Position numbers and translations under genes: made by a program
Assembly: GCA_037384945.1 (NCBI GenBank)
Contig: JARRNM010000016.1
Location: forward strand, 6,913-70,912
Length of the DNA: 64,000 nt
Direction of reading: 5' to 3'
Source of the DNA: Deltaproteobacteria bacterium
GTDB taxonomy: Bacteria > Desulfobacterota > Syntrophobacteria > BM002
Part shown: in pieces, positions 18,740 through 27,193 of the stretch
How the letters are laid out: every line of letters begins with the position of its first letter
Numbering within the stretch: position 1 is the stretch's first letter
The notes under the pieces: model-generated
Seen by the model: only the letters and a program-made list of their open reading frames with translations
Database searches by the model: none
What the model was told of the DNA's origin: nothing

Positions 18740-20416
18740 TCAGTCTGCTTTCTTGTTAATGTAATACTGCTGCCCAATGGACAGTATATTGTTGACCAAC
18801 CAGTACAGCACCAGACCGCTGGGAAAATTAATAAAAAAGAAGGTGAAGACCACAGGCATCATCATCATCATCTTTTCTTGCCTGGGGTCACCCGTGGTGG
18901 GCGACATTTTCTGCTGGAAAAACATGGAGATTCCCATAAGTATGGTTAGCACAGGAAGTCCCTGGTCAAGATTCCAATAATGGATCGGAATCTTGAAGCC
19001 GAGTGGAAGACGATCTGGCGCCGACAGGTCATTGATCCACCAGATAAAGGGAGCGTGGCGGATGGCCAAGGCACTGTAGAGCACTCTGTAGAGGGCGAAA
19101 AAAACCGGAATCTGCAAAATCATGGGTAAACACCCACCCACAGGATTAACCTTATAGGTTCTGTACATTTGCATGATTTCTTGATTCATCTTTTCTTTGT
19201 CATCTTTGTATTTCTCCCTTAACTTTTGCATCTTAGGCTGCAGCTTTTTCATTTGCCTCATAGACACATAGCTCTTGTGGGTGAGAGGCCAGAAAAGGAG
19301 CTTAATAAGGATCGTCAAGATTATGATGTCCACCCCGTAGTTATGGGTAAAGCGGTGAGAAAATTTGAGGCACTTCAGAAGGGGCTGGGCAATGATATCA
19401 AACCAGCCGTAGTTAATCACATTTTTCAGCTTGGGATCAGCGGCACTCAAGTAGCTCTCTTCCTTGGGCCCCATGTAGAGTTTGTAGCTGAATTCCTGCT
19501 CAGCTCCGGGTTGTAAAGTTATCTTGGGTCCAATAAGCGTGCTTTCCACCATCTGCCTGGCAGTATCCAGGGCCTCGAGTTGGGCATGATTGGGGACCAA
19601 ATCAATGGGGACCACGGCCATGGTGAAGTACTGGCTGGTATAAGCGACCCAATCAATGGGTCCGGGAACCTCCATCTCTCCCTTGATTTTTTTGAACTTC
19701 ACCTCTTCCAATTTATTGTTGGAAAAGAGAGCAGGCCCCTGAAAGGTATAACGACTTCCACTCGAAGAGGAGATAGGTAAATTGATTAGACTCAAGGTTG
19801 GAGAATTTTCCCACGCCTGACTGCTTAGGTTTTTAACCCTGATGTTGAGATCAATAAGGTATTTGTCCCCGTAGAACACACACTGACGACTAATTCTCAG
19901 CCAACCCGGCGCCTCGTAGCGAAAAGTCAGCGTTTTGGTCTCGCCGCCAGAAACTCTTAGAGACGTTTGATCGGCCGCATAAGGAGCGAGGTTCAAGGCT
20001 GCCACCGGGTTATTGAGAAAATTGAACGGTAGAGGCAATTCTTCGATCTTGGTGGTCTTAACCAGTTCCATGCCAGGCGAGTTTTTCTTTATCGTTTCCC
20101 GAAACTTTTTAAGCACAAAGCTTTTAAGACGAGCACCAGTCTCAGTGAAGACCGCCCGGTAGAGAGGGGTTTCTACCACCACATCCTTACCGGTGTGAGA
20201 CACTTGAGGCGGCAGGATCGGGGGCGATGGAGGAGTTTGGCTAACAGGTAACTGAGGTTGCGGAGCAGCCTCTGGTTTCACCGGAGAGGGGGTAGTTTTT
20301 TCAATCTCGGGAGTGGCAGTGGGTGGGGCGGGTTTCCTTTTGGGAACAAAAAACTTCTCCCACAACACGAGCACCATTAAGCACAAAACTATGGCTAACA
20401 GAACGCGTTTTTCCAT
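18740..20416 (-). CDS. yidC: Membrane protein insertase YidC
   Basis: 558 aa. N-terminal TM, a large periplasmic domain and the conserved C-terminal 5-TM core (..GCLPMILQIPVFFALY..). Confidence 0.95.
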   Translation of the reverse strand: MEKRVLLAIVLCLMVLVLWEKFFVPKRKPAPPTATPEIEKTTPSPVKPEAAPQPQLPVSQTPPSPPILPPQVSHTGKDVVVETPLYRAVFTETGARLKSFVLKKFRETIKKNSPGMELVKTTKIEELPLPFNFLNNPVAALNLAPYAADQTSLRVSGGETKTLTFRYEAPGWLRISRQCVFYGDKYLIDLNIRVKNLSSQAWENSPTLSLINLPISSSSGSRYTFQGPALFSNNKLEEVKFKKIKGEMEVPGPIDWVAYTSQYFTMAVVPIDLVPNHAQLEALDTARQMVESTLIGPKITLQPGAEQEFSYKLYMGPKEESYLSAADPKLKNVINYGWFDIIAQPLLKCLKFSHRFTHNYGVDIIILTILIKLLFWPLTHKSYVSMRQMKKLQPKMQKLREKYKDDKEKMNQEIMQMYRTYKVNPVGGCLPMILQIPVFFALYRVLYSALAIRHAPFIWWINDLSAPDRLPLGFKIPIHYWNLDQGLPVLTILMGISMFFQQKMSPTTGDPRQEKMMMMMPVVFTFFFINFPSGLVLYWLVNNILSIGQQYYINKKAD

Positions 20417-20533
20417 AACTTGAGAACTCCTGGCGCAGACGACAGACCAAGGACCGGAGCGAGGGTAGAAACTGAACCAGCAAAGAAAGACGAACTCTCG
20501 CTCCGGTGAAGGCTGTCCATTGAAGTCCCTGGA

Positions 20534-20755
20534 TCACCGATAGTTGTCAATGGGATCATAACCACCGGCGTGGAACGGATGGCAGCGCAGGAGTCTGCGG
20601 GCGGTGAGGACCAGACCTCGGATTACACCGAAGGTGGTAATGGCCTGGAGGGCAAATTCAGAACAAGTGGGAGTAAAACGGCAGGACGGGCGTGTCCATG
20701 GCGAAATCATGAGCTGGTAAGCTCGAATTGCTGCGAGCAAAAAACCTTTAATCAT
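20534..20755 (-). CDS. yidD: Membrane protein insertion efficiency factor YidD
   Basis: 73 aa. Contains AIRAYQLMISPW..CRFTPTCSEFALQAI..G and RLLRCHPFHAGGYDP. Confidence 0.9.
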   Translation of the reverse strand: MIKGFLLAAIRAYQLMISPWTRPSCRFTPTCSEFALQAITTFGVIRGLVLTARRLLRCHPFHAGGYDPIDNYR

Positions 20756-21138
20756 AAAAGATTGTTTCCAAAAAGCACGGCCGCTAACTCCTCACGCACA
20801 TTTTGATAAGCAAGGGTTGCCGCGTCTCTTTTGGCTATTATCACCACATCATGTGATGGGGGCAACTTGTGCTTATGTAACCGAAAATACTCGCGAAGAT
20901 AGCGTTTCACTCGATTCCGCTTAACTGCGTTACCTACCTTTTTACCAACAATAACCCCCAGACGCGAGAACTCTAGTCCGTTTGGCCTCAGGATGATGGT
21001 GAAATTTTTAGTCTGGCGGCGGCTTCCGTTGCGGAAGGCTAGCTCAAAATCCTTCCGTCGTTGCAACCGTTCGTATTTTTTGAGAGAAAATCTTTTTTGT
21101 AAAAACGGAGCCGACACCACCATACGGATCCCGGGCAA
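20752..21138 (-). CDS. rnpA: Ribonuclease P protein component
   Basis: Basic 128-aa ORF between rpmH and yidD with the RNR-like motif KKVGNAVKRNRVKR. The true start may be internal, for example 21123. Confidence 0.85.
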   Translation of the reverse strand: MPGIRMVVSAPFLQKRFSLKKYERLQRRKDFELAFRNGSRRQTKNFTIILRPNGLEFSRLGVIVGKKVGNAVKRNRVKRYLREYFRLHKHKLPPSHDVVIIAKRDAATLAYQNVREELAAVLFGNNLL

Positions 21139-21179
21139 GATCTCGCTACCCCTGACTCGTACCAGTCCGTCCCATTCGT

Positions 21180-21314
21180 TCAGACGGTGAGCCTTTTCCT
21201 CCCCTTTGATCTTCTGCGGCTGATTACCTTCCGGCCCGATTTTGTGCGCATGCGGACCAGAAAGCCATGGGTCCTTTTCCTCCGAATGTTGCTTGGTTGA
21301 TAGGTTCTTTTCAT
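21180..21314 (-). CDS. rpmH: 50S ribosomal protein L34
   Basis: Too short for the ORF track. My translation is [44 protein letters not shown]. Confidence 0.95.
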   Translation of the reverse strand: MKRTYQPSNIRRKRTHGFLVRMRTKSGRKVISRRRSKGRKRLTV

Positions 21315-21432
21315 TGTCCTACTGTTCCGTTATGAGCCGCTCTTTTGTCCCACTCCTGTGATCGTTTCTGAATGTTTGTTTTCTCAAAGGGAGAAATTCA
21401 GAGCGGGAGTAACCATGACTATAAAGGCGTTT

Positions 21433-21462
21433 TTAATAAACACATAGGTGAGGTTTTGTCAA
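21433..21462 (-). promoter_or_regulatory. Candidate sigma-70 promoter for the rpmH-rnpA-yidD-yidC operon
   Basis: On the minus strand: TTGACA (21462..21457), an 18-nt spacer, then TATTAA (21438..21433). Confidence 0.35.
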
Positions 21463-21556
21463 GTGCAAAGGCAAATGCACCCCTCTCCACCTTTCCGCTA
21501 TTGCCTGTGGTGATTACCTCATGGACTCACCGAGTAAGCCGGGGCTGTTCGTTACA

Positions 21557-21718
21557 GGTCCGTGGTCGGTAGTCAGTTGTCCCTTGGGTGAAAAGCATAG
21601 TTTATGCAGTACAGGGGTGGTGCGGGCATAATGATCGCCAACCGCTTCCCGCCGGAATGTGGATCAAACAGTAATGAGCTTCAATTGCCGCGGACAGCGG
21701 ACCACTGACAACGGACTA
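21557..21718. repeat. Pair of inverted GTCCGT/GTCAGT-family heptamer arrays flanking about 100 nt
   Basis: Left arm GGTCCGTGGTCGGTAGTCAGTTGTCCC (21557-21583). Right arm CCGCGGACAGCGGACCACTGACAACGGAC (21688-21716). The same word family occurs at 39094-39390. Confidence 0.75.
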
Positions 21719-22615
21719 TCCGCTGTCTCGGTTTTCTGAAAGGAAATCGACAAAGGCCTGTCCAAGTGGTGATCGGGAGCGCTTTTTGTGGGTAACCAGG
21801 TAGAAATGGCGGGTGAAAGAAACATCTCCTATTGGGATATCGAGGAGTTGTTGAAAATTTAATTCGTCGGCAATGGCGCGGCGGGACAAAATTGAGACTC
21901 CCACTTCCGCCTTAATGGCCTGGCGAATTGCGTCGGTGCTGCCCATCTCGGCCACAACGTTTAGCCTCTGGGGGTCGAAACCAGCCTGCTCGAGAATGCG
22001 CAGCATCATCATCCTGGTTCCGGATCCTTGTTCGCGCATTATGAATGGAGCGTCAGCCAGTTCATCTAGGTTGATGGACGAGCGCTTGGCCCACCGATGC
22101 CTAGCTGATATGGCCAACACCAGTTCATCGTCGAACAACCGGTCGTATTCCAGTTTGCTGTTCTCTATCCTGGCTCCTACTACCCCCAATTCCAAAGAGC
22201 CTTCGAGGACCATATTAGTAACATGCATGGTATCGGCAATGACGAGTTTTATCTTGATGTCAGCGAAACTTTGTTTAAATTCGCCGATAAGGGATGGGAG
22301 AATATACTGTCCAGGTATAGTACTGCCGCCCAACTCCAACTCACCGGACATTTTTCCCCGGTACAGCTCTAAGGCACGGATTGCCTCTTGCCTGAGATTG
22401 AGCATCCGTCGAGCATAGCCATAGAGAATTTCTCCAGCCCGGGTGGGCACCACTTGCCGTCCGAGACGATCGAAGAGTTGCACGTCCAAAAGGGTTTCCA
22501 GATAACGAATGTGCTCACTTACAGTGGGTTGTGAGAGCAAACATGCCTTGCCGCCACGGGAGAAGCTTTTCATTTCATAGACTTTACAAAAAACCTCCAG
22601 CCGATGCAGATCCAT
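21716..22615 (-). CDS. LysR-family transcriptional regulator
   Basis: 299 aa with an N-terminal wHTH (LEVFCKVYEMKSFSRGGKACLLSQPTVSEHIRYLE) and a LysR substrate-binding domain. It is divergent from the qrc-like operon. Confidence 0.9.
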   Translation of the reverse strand: MDLHRLEVFCKVYEMKSFSRGGKACLLSQPTVSEHIRYLETLLDVQLFDRLGRQVVPTRAGEILYGYARRMLNLRQEAIRALELYRGKMSGELELGGSTIPGQYILPSLIGEFKQSFADIKIKLVIADTMHVTNMVLEGSLELGVVGARIENSKLEYDRLFDDELVLAISARHRWAKRSSINLDELADAPFIMREQGSGTRMMMLRILEQAGFDPQRLNVVAEMGSTDAIRQAIKAEVGVSILSRRAIADELNFQQLLDIPIGDVSFTRHFYLVTHKKRSRSPLGQAFVDFLSENRDSG

Positions 22616-22660
22616 TTCCCATCCTTAATTATGGACAAGTCATTTATATCACTGCTTCAA

Positions 22661-22975
22661 CCCCAATCCCCAATTCCCAATCTGCAATCAAAGAATATAG
22701 TAGCCAGAATCCAGCAAGCATAGAGCATAGAGCAAAGGGCATAGGGTTAAAAATTCTGATTTCGAAATTAGAAATTAAAAATCCGAAATCTGTCGTCTGT
22801 TGTCTGTCATCTGCCATCTCATTAGTATGCCCAATGACAGCGCAGGGTAATGGCCCAATGACGACGAAGCCAAGTGACCCATATCGCCCTATGCCTTGTA
22901 CCTTGCGGTTTTCGCCTTTCATCAATCCGCAATCTACAATTCCTCTGTCCAGCACCATACCTACCAATACCAGGA
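22661..22975. repeat. Single-phase array of 45 drifting heptamers in a divergent promoter region
   Basis: Base-by-base parse: CCCCAAT CCCCAAT TCCCAAT CTGCAAT CAAAGAA TATAGTA GCCAGAA TCCAGCA AGCATAG AGCATAG AGCAAAG GGCATAG GGTTAAA AATTCTG ATTTCGA AATTAGA AATTAAA AATCCGA AATCTGT CGTCTGT TGTCTGT CATCTGC CATCTCA ... TGCCTTG TACCTTG CGGTTTT CGCCTTT CATCAAT CCGCAAT CTACAAT ... Confidence 0.92.
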
Positions 22976-23061
22976 TAAGGAAACCCGTGCTATGATGTCA
23001 AGGCAGGTGAGACTTTGGGTTTGAAGTCCATGAACAACCTGTCTTTTGCAAACCTTTTCGC

Positions 23062-23090
23062 TTGACAAGGGCTGAGGAAATCGGTAGAAA
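23062..23090 (+). promoter_or_regulatory. Candidate sigma-70 promoter for the qrc-like operon
   Basis: TTGACA (23062-23067), a 17-nt spacer, then TAGAAA (23085-23090). It lies about 150 nt upstream of the cytochrome gene. Confidence 0.3.
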
Positions 23091-23240
23091 AGTACAGATT
23101 TGTCTTGTGAAAAAAAGCTTAAGTTGGCGTGATCCTGGCTCCGCTCCCCCGGTGACAGTTGCAGCCCGGGAATGGTGATCTCGCTATAGTAACTCACCCT
23201 TCATTCCTTAAACCTACACTCCAAAATACCGAGGCGTTCC

Positions 23241-23807
23241 ATGACCGGAGAAAACAAGCAACTGGGTTCGGGCCTACTAGGTTGGCTTCTCTTTGTCCTT
23301 GGCTTCACTGGTGCACTCTTCGTCGGTTGGATAATTTTCCCACAAGTGCTATTTTACACCAAGTACCAGCCCATCAACTATAATCACGCCATCCACCAGG
23401 AAGAAGCGGGGTTAAGCTGTGAAGATTGCCACTTTTTTCGTGATGATGGAACTTTTTCTGGCAAACCAAAGCTCTCTGTTTGCTTAGACTGCCATGCAGA
23501 ACCACAAGGTGAAACCGAAGATGAGGCGATGCTGATTTCAGACTATGTGGAACCCAGAAAAGAGATTCCCTGGGTTTCCTACGTCAGGGAGCCAGACAAC
23601 GTCTTTTTCTCCCATGCCGCTCATGTGAGTATGGCAGAGATGGAGTGTACAGACTGCCATCGGGATGTTTCAAAGGAGACCAGGGCTCTCCCGGTCAAAA
23701 TAAACCGTCTCACCGGCTACCCCAATGACATTATTAAGATGTACGTGTGTGAAGAGTGTCATGCCCAGAAGAATGTATCTAACGCCTGTGACGTTTGTCA
23801 TAAGTAG
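23241..23807 (+). CDS. qrcA: Membrane-anchored pentaheme cytochrome c (QrcA-like)
   Basis: 188 aa with an N-terminal TM helix and five CxxCH motifs (CEDCH, CLDCH, CTDCH, CEECH, CDVCH). It is the first gene of a cytochrome/Mo-family/FeS/NrfD operon. Confidence 0.65.
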   Translation: MTGENKQLGSGLLGWLLFVLGFTGALFVGWIIFPQVLFYTKYQPINYNHAIHQEEAGLSCEDCHFFRDDGTFSGKPKLSVCLDCHAEPQGETEDEAMLISDYVEPRKEIPWVSYVREPDNVFFSHAAHVSMAEMECTDCHRDVSKETRALPVKINRLTGYPNDIIKMYVCEECHAQKNVSNACDVCHK

Positions 23808-23879
23808 TAAACTCGGAGGTTCTAAGGCTTTTACACCTAATCGCAATTTTCTGAACTGGGAACTCTTTGCTCTGCTCTT

Positions 23880-23993
23880 GGAACCATGGAATATTGGAAT
23901 TTTTAAGCGGCGGAGTGGAAAGCGTAAGGAGTGCAATAATTGGCCTAGTTCCTTTGGACCCAATGTTCCATCGTTCCATTTTTCCAATATTCC
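23880..23993. repeat. Structured repeat inside the qrcA-qrcB spacer
   Basis: GGAATATTGGAA (23888-23899) and its perfect complement TTCCAATATTCC (23982-23993). GGAACCATGG (23880-23889) pairs with CCATCGTTCC (23968-23977) with one mismatch. The partners occur in the same order, so they are not nested. Confidence 0.8.
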
Positions 23994-24025
23994 GTTAGCC
24001 AAGCTAACCCAAGGGGAAGGATCTC

Positions 24026-26398
24026 ATGAAATTAGACAGAAGAGCCTTCGTTAAACTGATAGCAGGAGGGGTGGGCGGTACGCTCTTATCTCCTCTGCCG
24101 TGGAAAATGGCAGATGACACCGCTATCTGGAGCCAGAACTGGTCCTGGCGGCCTTCGCCGGAAAGAGGTGGCGGCACGTTGGTGAATACGGTATGTCAGC
24201 TTTGCCCAGGTAGTTGCGGCATCCGGGTTCAGCTTATCAATGAGAAGAATGCGGTAAGAATTGATGGAAATCCAGCTTATCCTGTAAATCAAGGGGGTAT
24301 TTGCCCTCTGGGCACTTCAGGGCTCCAGTATTTGTATGGTCCCAGCCGCATCGAGACACCCCTGAAGCAAACGGGTCAACGAGGCGATCTCGAGAACTTG
24401 AAACCAATTAACTGGGATGAGGCCCTAGAGATCCTTGCCACCAAATTGCGAGCTATGCGGCAAAAAGCCAGAGGCCTCGCTTGCATAAGCGGCAAACGGC
24501 AAGGTACTGTTCCTGAGCTTTTTGCTCGCTTCTTCCAGGCCTATGGCTCACCAAACTACATGTTAATGCCGGCGGCGGCGGATGCAGAAGCCCTTGGTTT
24601 GTTGTTCAGTCAGGGGCAGACTGACCCTGTCGGTTATGACCTGGAAAACGCCAAGATGATTGTCAGCTTTGGCTGCAGCTATCTGGAAGGCTGGGGTGTT
24701 CCCACCCGGATGATGCTGGCCTTTGGCAGCTGGCGGAACAATAGCGAGGGCCAGGGTGCCAGAATAGTCCAGGTGGAAGCGCGGGGATCGATGAGCGCAT
24801 CCAAAGCTGATGAGTGGCTGGCGGTGGCGCCGGGAACGGAGGCGGCACTTGCCTTGGGTCTCGCCCAGGTAATTGTTAGCGAGGGTCTTTACGACCGTAC
24901 ATTTGTGAACCAATATAGTTATGGATTCGACGAGTTCAGCAGACTTCTCCAAAGGAACTATACTCCAGAGAAGGTGGCTGCCCTCACCGGAGTGACCAGA
25001 GAAAAAATATCAGCACTGGCAAGGGAGTTCTCACAGACTAAGCCGGCCGTAGCCCTGAGTGGTTGGGGCCAAGGGAGGATGCAAGGAAGCATTTATGATT
25101 TCCTCGCTGTTCAAAGTCTCAATGCATTAGTGGGAAGCCTGGAAAAACCTGGCGGGGCAACGAGAACTCCTCAGGTGCCTTTGGCGGCATGGCCCGAAGT
25201 GGTACTGGATGCCATAAGTTTGGCAGGAGGAAAGGAGCCCAGGCTGGATGGAGCCAGTGGGTTGCCGCCAGAGTTGCCAGCAAACGTTTTCTATAACTTC
25301 GTAAAAAATATCAACGAGGACAGCCTCTATCCCCTACAGATGCTTTGGGTATACGAGGCCAATCCTGCTCACGACCTGGCTGATGTCAAACCCTTCATCG
25401 AGTCCTTGAACAAGATTGAAACTGTCGTCTCCTTCTCTCCCTTTATGGATGAGACCACCCAGCTTGCCGACCTGGTACTCCCAGGTCCCACCTATTTGGA
25501 AAGATTGGAGGACGTACCAACGCCCCCAGGCTTGCAATATCCTGTATTGGGCCTGAGCAAGCCGGTTTTGAAGCCGCGATTTGTAGCCACCCATCCTGGC
25601 GACATACTGATTAACCTGGCAAAATCGCTCGGCGGTAGCGTCGCTTCCAGTTTCCCCTGGTCCGACTATGAAACGGCCCTGAAGCAAAGGGTGGAGGGGA
25701 TAGCCGAAAGCGGTAGGGGCAGAGTGGCGGACGAGCCGGGGGATGAGCCGTGGAAAGGGGGCCAGGGAAAGGGTTTAGAGCCCAACTATGATTCTGCTGA
25801 CGATCTGTGGGAGAAACTGATGGAACATAGTTGCTGGTTTGACACTACCCCGAAAATGGTTTCGTGGGGTTCGGCTTTTGAGACCCCTTCGGGCAAGTTT
25901 GAGTTCTACAGCCAGAAAATGCGTCAAATCGGCATAAGGGGTAACGATATCACCTATTTGCCCCATTTCGAACAAGTGGAACCAGCGGGCGATCCCCATG
26001 AATATCCTTTGATTCTCGTGCCCTATGAAATCCTGACCATTACCAATGGCCCGCTGGCCAACCCTCCCTTTATGACCAAAATGCTTTTTGATTTCGAACT
26101 AAAAGGCAATGATTGCTTTGTTGAGATCAATGCCAAGACCGCTGCCAAGTTGGGCCTCAAGGAAGGGGACAGGATTGCACTTCAGACCGAAGGGGGTACG
26201 GCCAAGGTTCGGGTTCACTTGACTGGAGCCGCGCGGCCTGGATTGGTATTTATTCCCACCGGCCTAGGGCACAGTGGTTTTGATTCCTATATCAGGGGCA
26301 AAGGGGTCAACGCCAACGCAATTGTGGTGGCCCAACAGGATAAGGTCATTGGCCTTGCGACCTGGTGGGGGACTCGGGTAAAAATATCCAAAGTATGA
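24026..26398 (+). CDS. qrcB: Tat-exported molybdopterin-oxidoreductase-family subunit (QrcB-like / Psr-like)
   Basis: 790 aa. Twin-arginine signal MKLDRRAFVKLIAGG and the N-terminal Cys motif CQLCPGSCGIRV..(27)..CPLG (FS0 [4Fe-4S] type). It has the domain order of Mo-bisPGD enzymes. Confidence 0.65.
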   Translation: MKLDRRAFVKLIAGGVGGTLLSPLPWKMADDTAIWSQNWSWRPSPERGGGTLVNTVCQLCPGSCGIRVQLINEKNAVRIDGNPAYPVNQGGICPLGTSGLQYLYGPSRIETPLKQTGQRGDLENLKPINWDEALEILATKLRAMRQKARGLACISGKRQGTVPELFARFFQAYGSPNYMLMPAAADAEALGLLFSQGQTDPVGYDLENAKMIVSFGCSYLEGWGVPTRMMLAFGSWRNNSEGQGARIVQVEARGSMSASKADEWLAVAPGTEAALALGLAQVIVSEGLYDRTFVNQYSYGFDEFSRLLQRNYTPEKVAALTGVTREKISALAREFSQTKPAVALSGWGQGRMQGSIYDFLAVQSLNALVGSLEKPGGATRTPQVPLAAWPEVVLDAISLAGGKEPRLDGASGLPPELPANVFYNFVKNINEDSLYPLQMLWVYEANPAHDLADVKPFIESLNKIETVVSFSPFMDETTQLADLVLPGPTYLERLEDVPTPPGLQYPVLGLSKPVLKPRFVATHPGDILINLAKSLGGSVASSFPWSDYETALKQRVEGIAESGRGRVADEPGDEPWKGGQGKGLEPNYDSADDLWEKLMEHSCWFDTTPKMVSWGSAFETPSGKFEFYSQKMRQIGIRGNDITYLPHFEQVEPAGDPHEYPLILVPYEILTITNGPLANPPFMTKMLFDFELKGNDCFVEINAKTAAKLGLKEGDRIALQTEGGTAKVRVHLTGAARPGLVFIPTGLGHSGFDSYIRGKGVNANAIVVAQQDKVIGLATWWGTRVKISKV

Positions 26399-26406
26399 GG
26401 TAGGAA

Positions 26407-27156
26407 ATGAGCGGGAACAAGTCAGGGAAACTTAGATACGGCATGGTCATTGATCTCGACAAGTGCACCGGTTGCATGACTTGTGCTGTGGCCTGCCAGC
26501 AAGAAAATAATGTTCCATTCAGAGAGGATGAAACCAACAAGGTGCGCTCTATTACCTGGCTCGAGGTCTTTTATCTCGACAACGGTAAACCTTATCCGGA
26601 ACATCGCCAGGCGTATTTGCCCAGACCGTGCCTCCAATGCGACGCGGACCCCCACCCACCGTGCACCTTTGTTTGCCCGGTAAATGCCACCCAGCGTGAC
26701 GAAGAGACCGGCTTGGTGGCTCACATTCCTGTACGCTGCATTGGCTGTAGGTACTGTATCTCTGCCTGCTCTTACCATGCCCGCTACTTCAATTGGTGGG
26801 ATCCAAAGTGGCCTAAACCCATGGAAGAGATGCTTACTCCAGAGGTTTCTACCCGGATGCGAGGTGTGGTGGAGAAGTGCACCTTCTGTGTTCACCGTTT
26901 GCAGCTGGCTAAAGATAAGGCATTTATGGAAGGCAGGCAGGAGCTGGAGGAGGGAGAATACGTCCCAGCATGTGTTGAGGCCTGCCCGGCCAATGCCATG
27001 GCTTTCGGCAATCTGTTTGATTCCCACAGCGAGGTGGCCAAGCTGGCCAAGGACCCAAAGGCCTTTCGACTTTCAGAAAAGCTCGGAACCGAACCAAAGG
27101 TAATTTACCTGAGCAGCCAGGAATGGATTCACAAGTTGGCTGACAGCCTGACTTAG
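26407..27156 (+). CDS. qrcC: 4Fe-4S ferredoxin-type electron-transfer subunit (QrcC-like)
   Basis: 249 aa. Several CxxCxxCxxxC(P) groups (CTGCMTCAVAC, CLQCDADPHPPCTFVCP, CIGCRYCISAC, CTFCVHR..CVEACP). Confidence 0.75.
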   Translation: MSGNKSGKLRYGMVIDLDKCTGCMTCAVACQQENNVPFREDETNKVRSITWLEVFYLDNGKPYPEHRQAYLPRPCLQCDADPHPPCTFVCPVNATQRDEETGLVAHIPVRCIGCRYCISACSYHARYFNWWDPKWPKPMEEMLTPEVSTRMRGVVEKCTFCVHRLQLAKDKAFMEGRQELEEGEYVPACVEACPANAMAFGNLFDSHSEVAKLAKDPKAFRLSEKLGTEPKVIYLSSQEWIHKLADSLT

Positions 27157-27193
27157 GCTTAATTAGAACCACCATGGAGAAGAGAGGAAAACC

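Noticed and set aside
21315-21715. oriC upstream of rpmH
   Set aside because: There is only one imperfect DnaA-box-like 9-mer, no AT-rich unwinding element that I could recognise and no dnaA gene adjacent.
22531-22995. 154-aa (+) and 107-aa (-) ORFs between the LysR gene and qrcA
   Set aside because: Both are translations of the 45-unit heptamer array. A period of 7 is not a multiple of 3, and the products are low-complexity. The same applies to ORFs 13422..13655, 13798..13989, 33064..33285 and 61161..61595.
23130-23165. Sigma-54 promoter (GG-N10-GC) upstream of the qrc-like operon
   Set aside because: CGGTGACAGTTGCA has the GG and GC elements only 10 nt apart instead of the 12 nt in the consensus, and the -24 box is poor.
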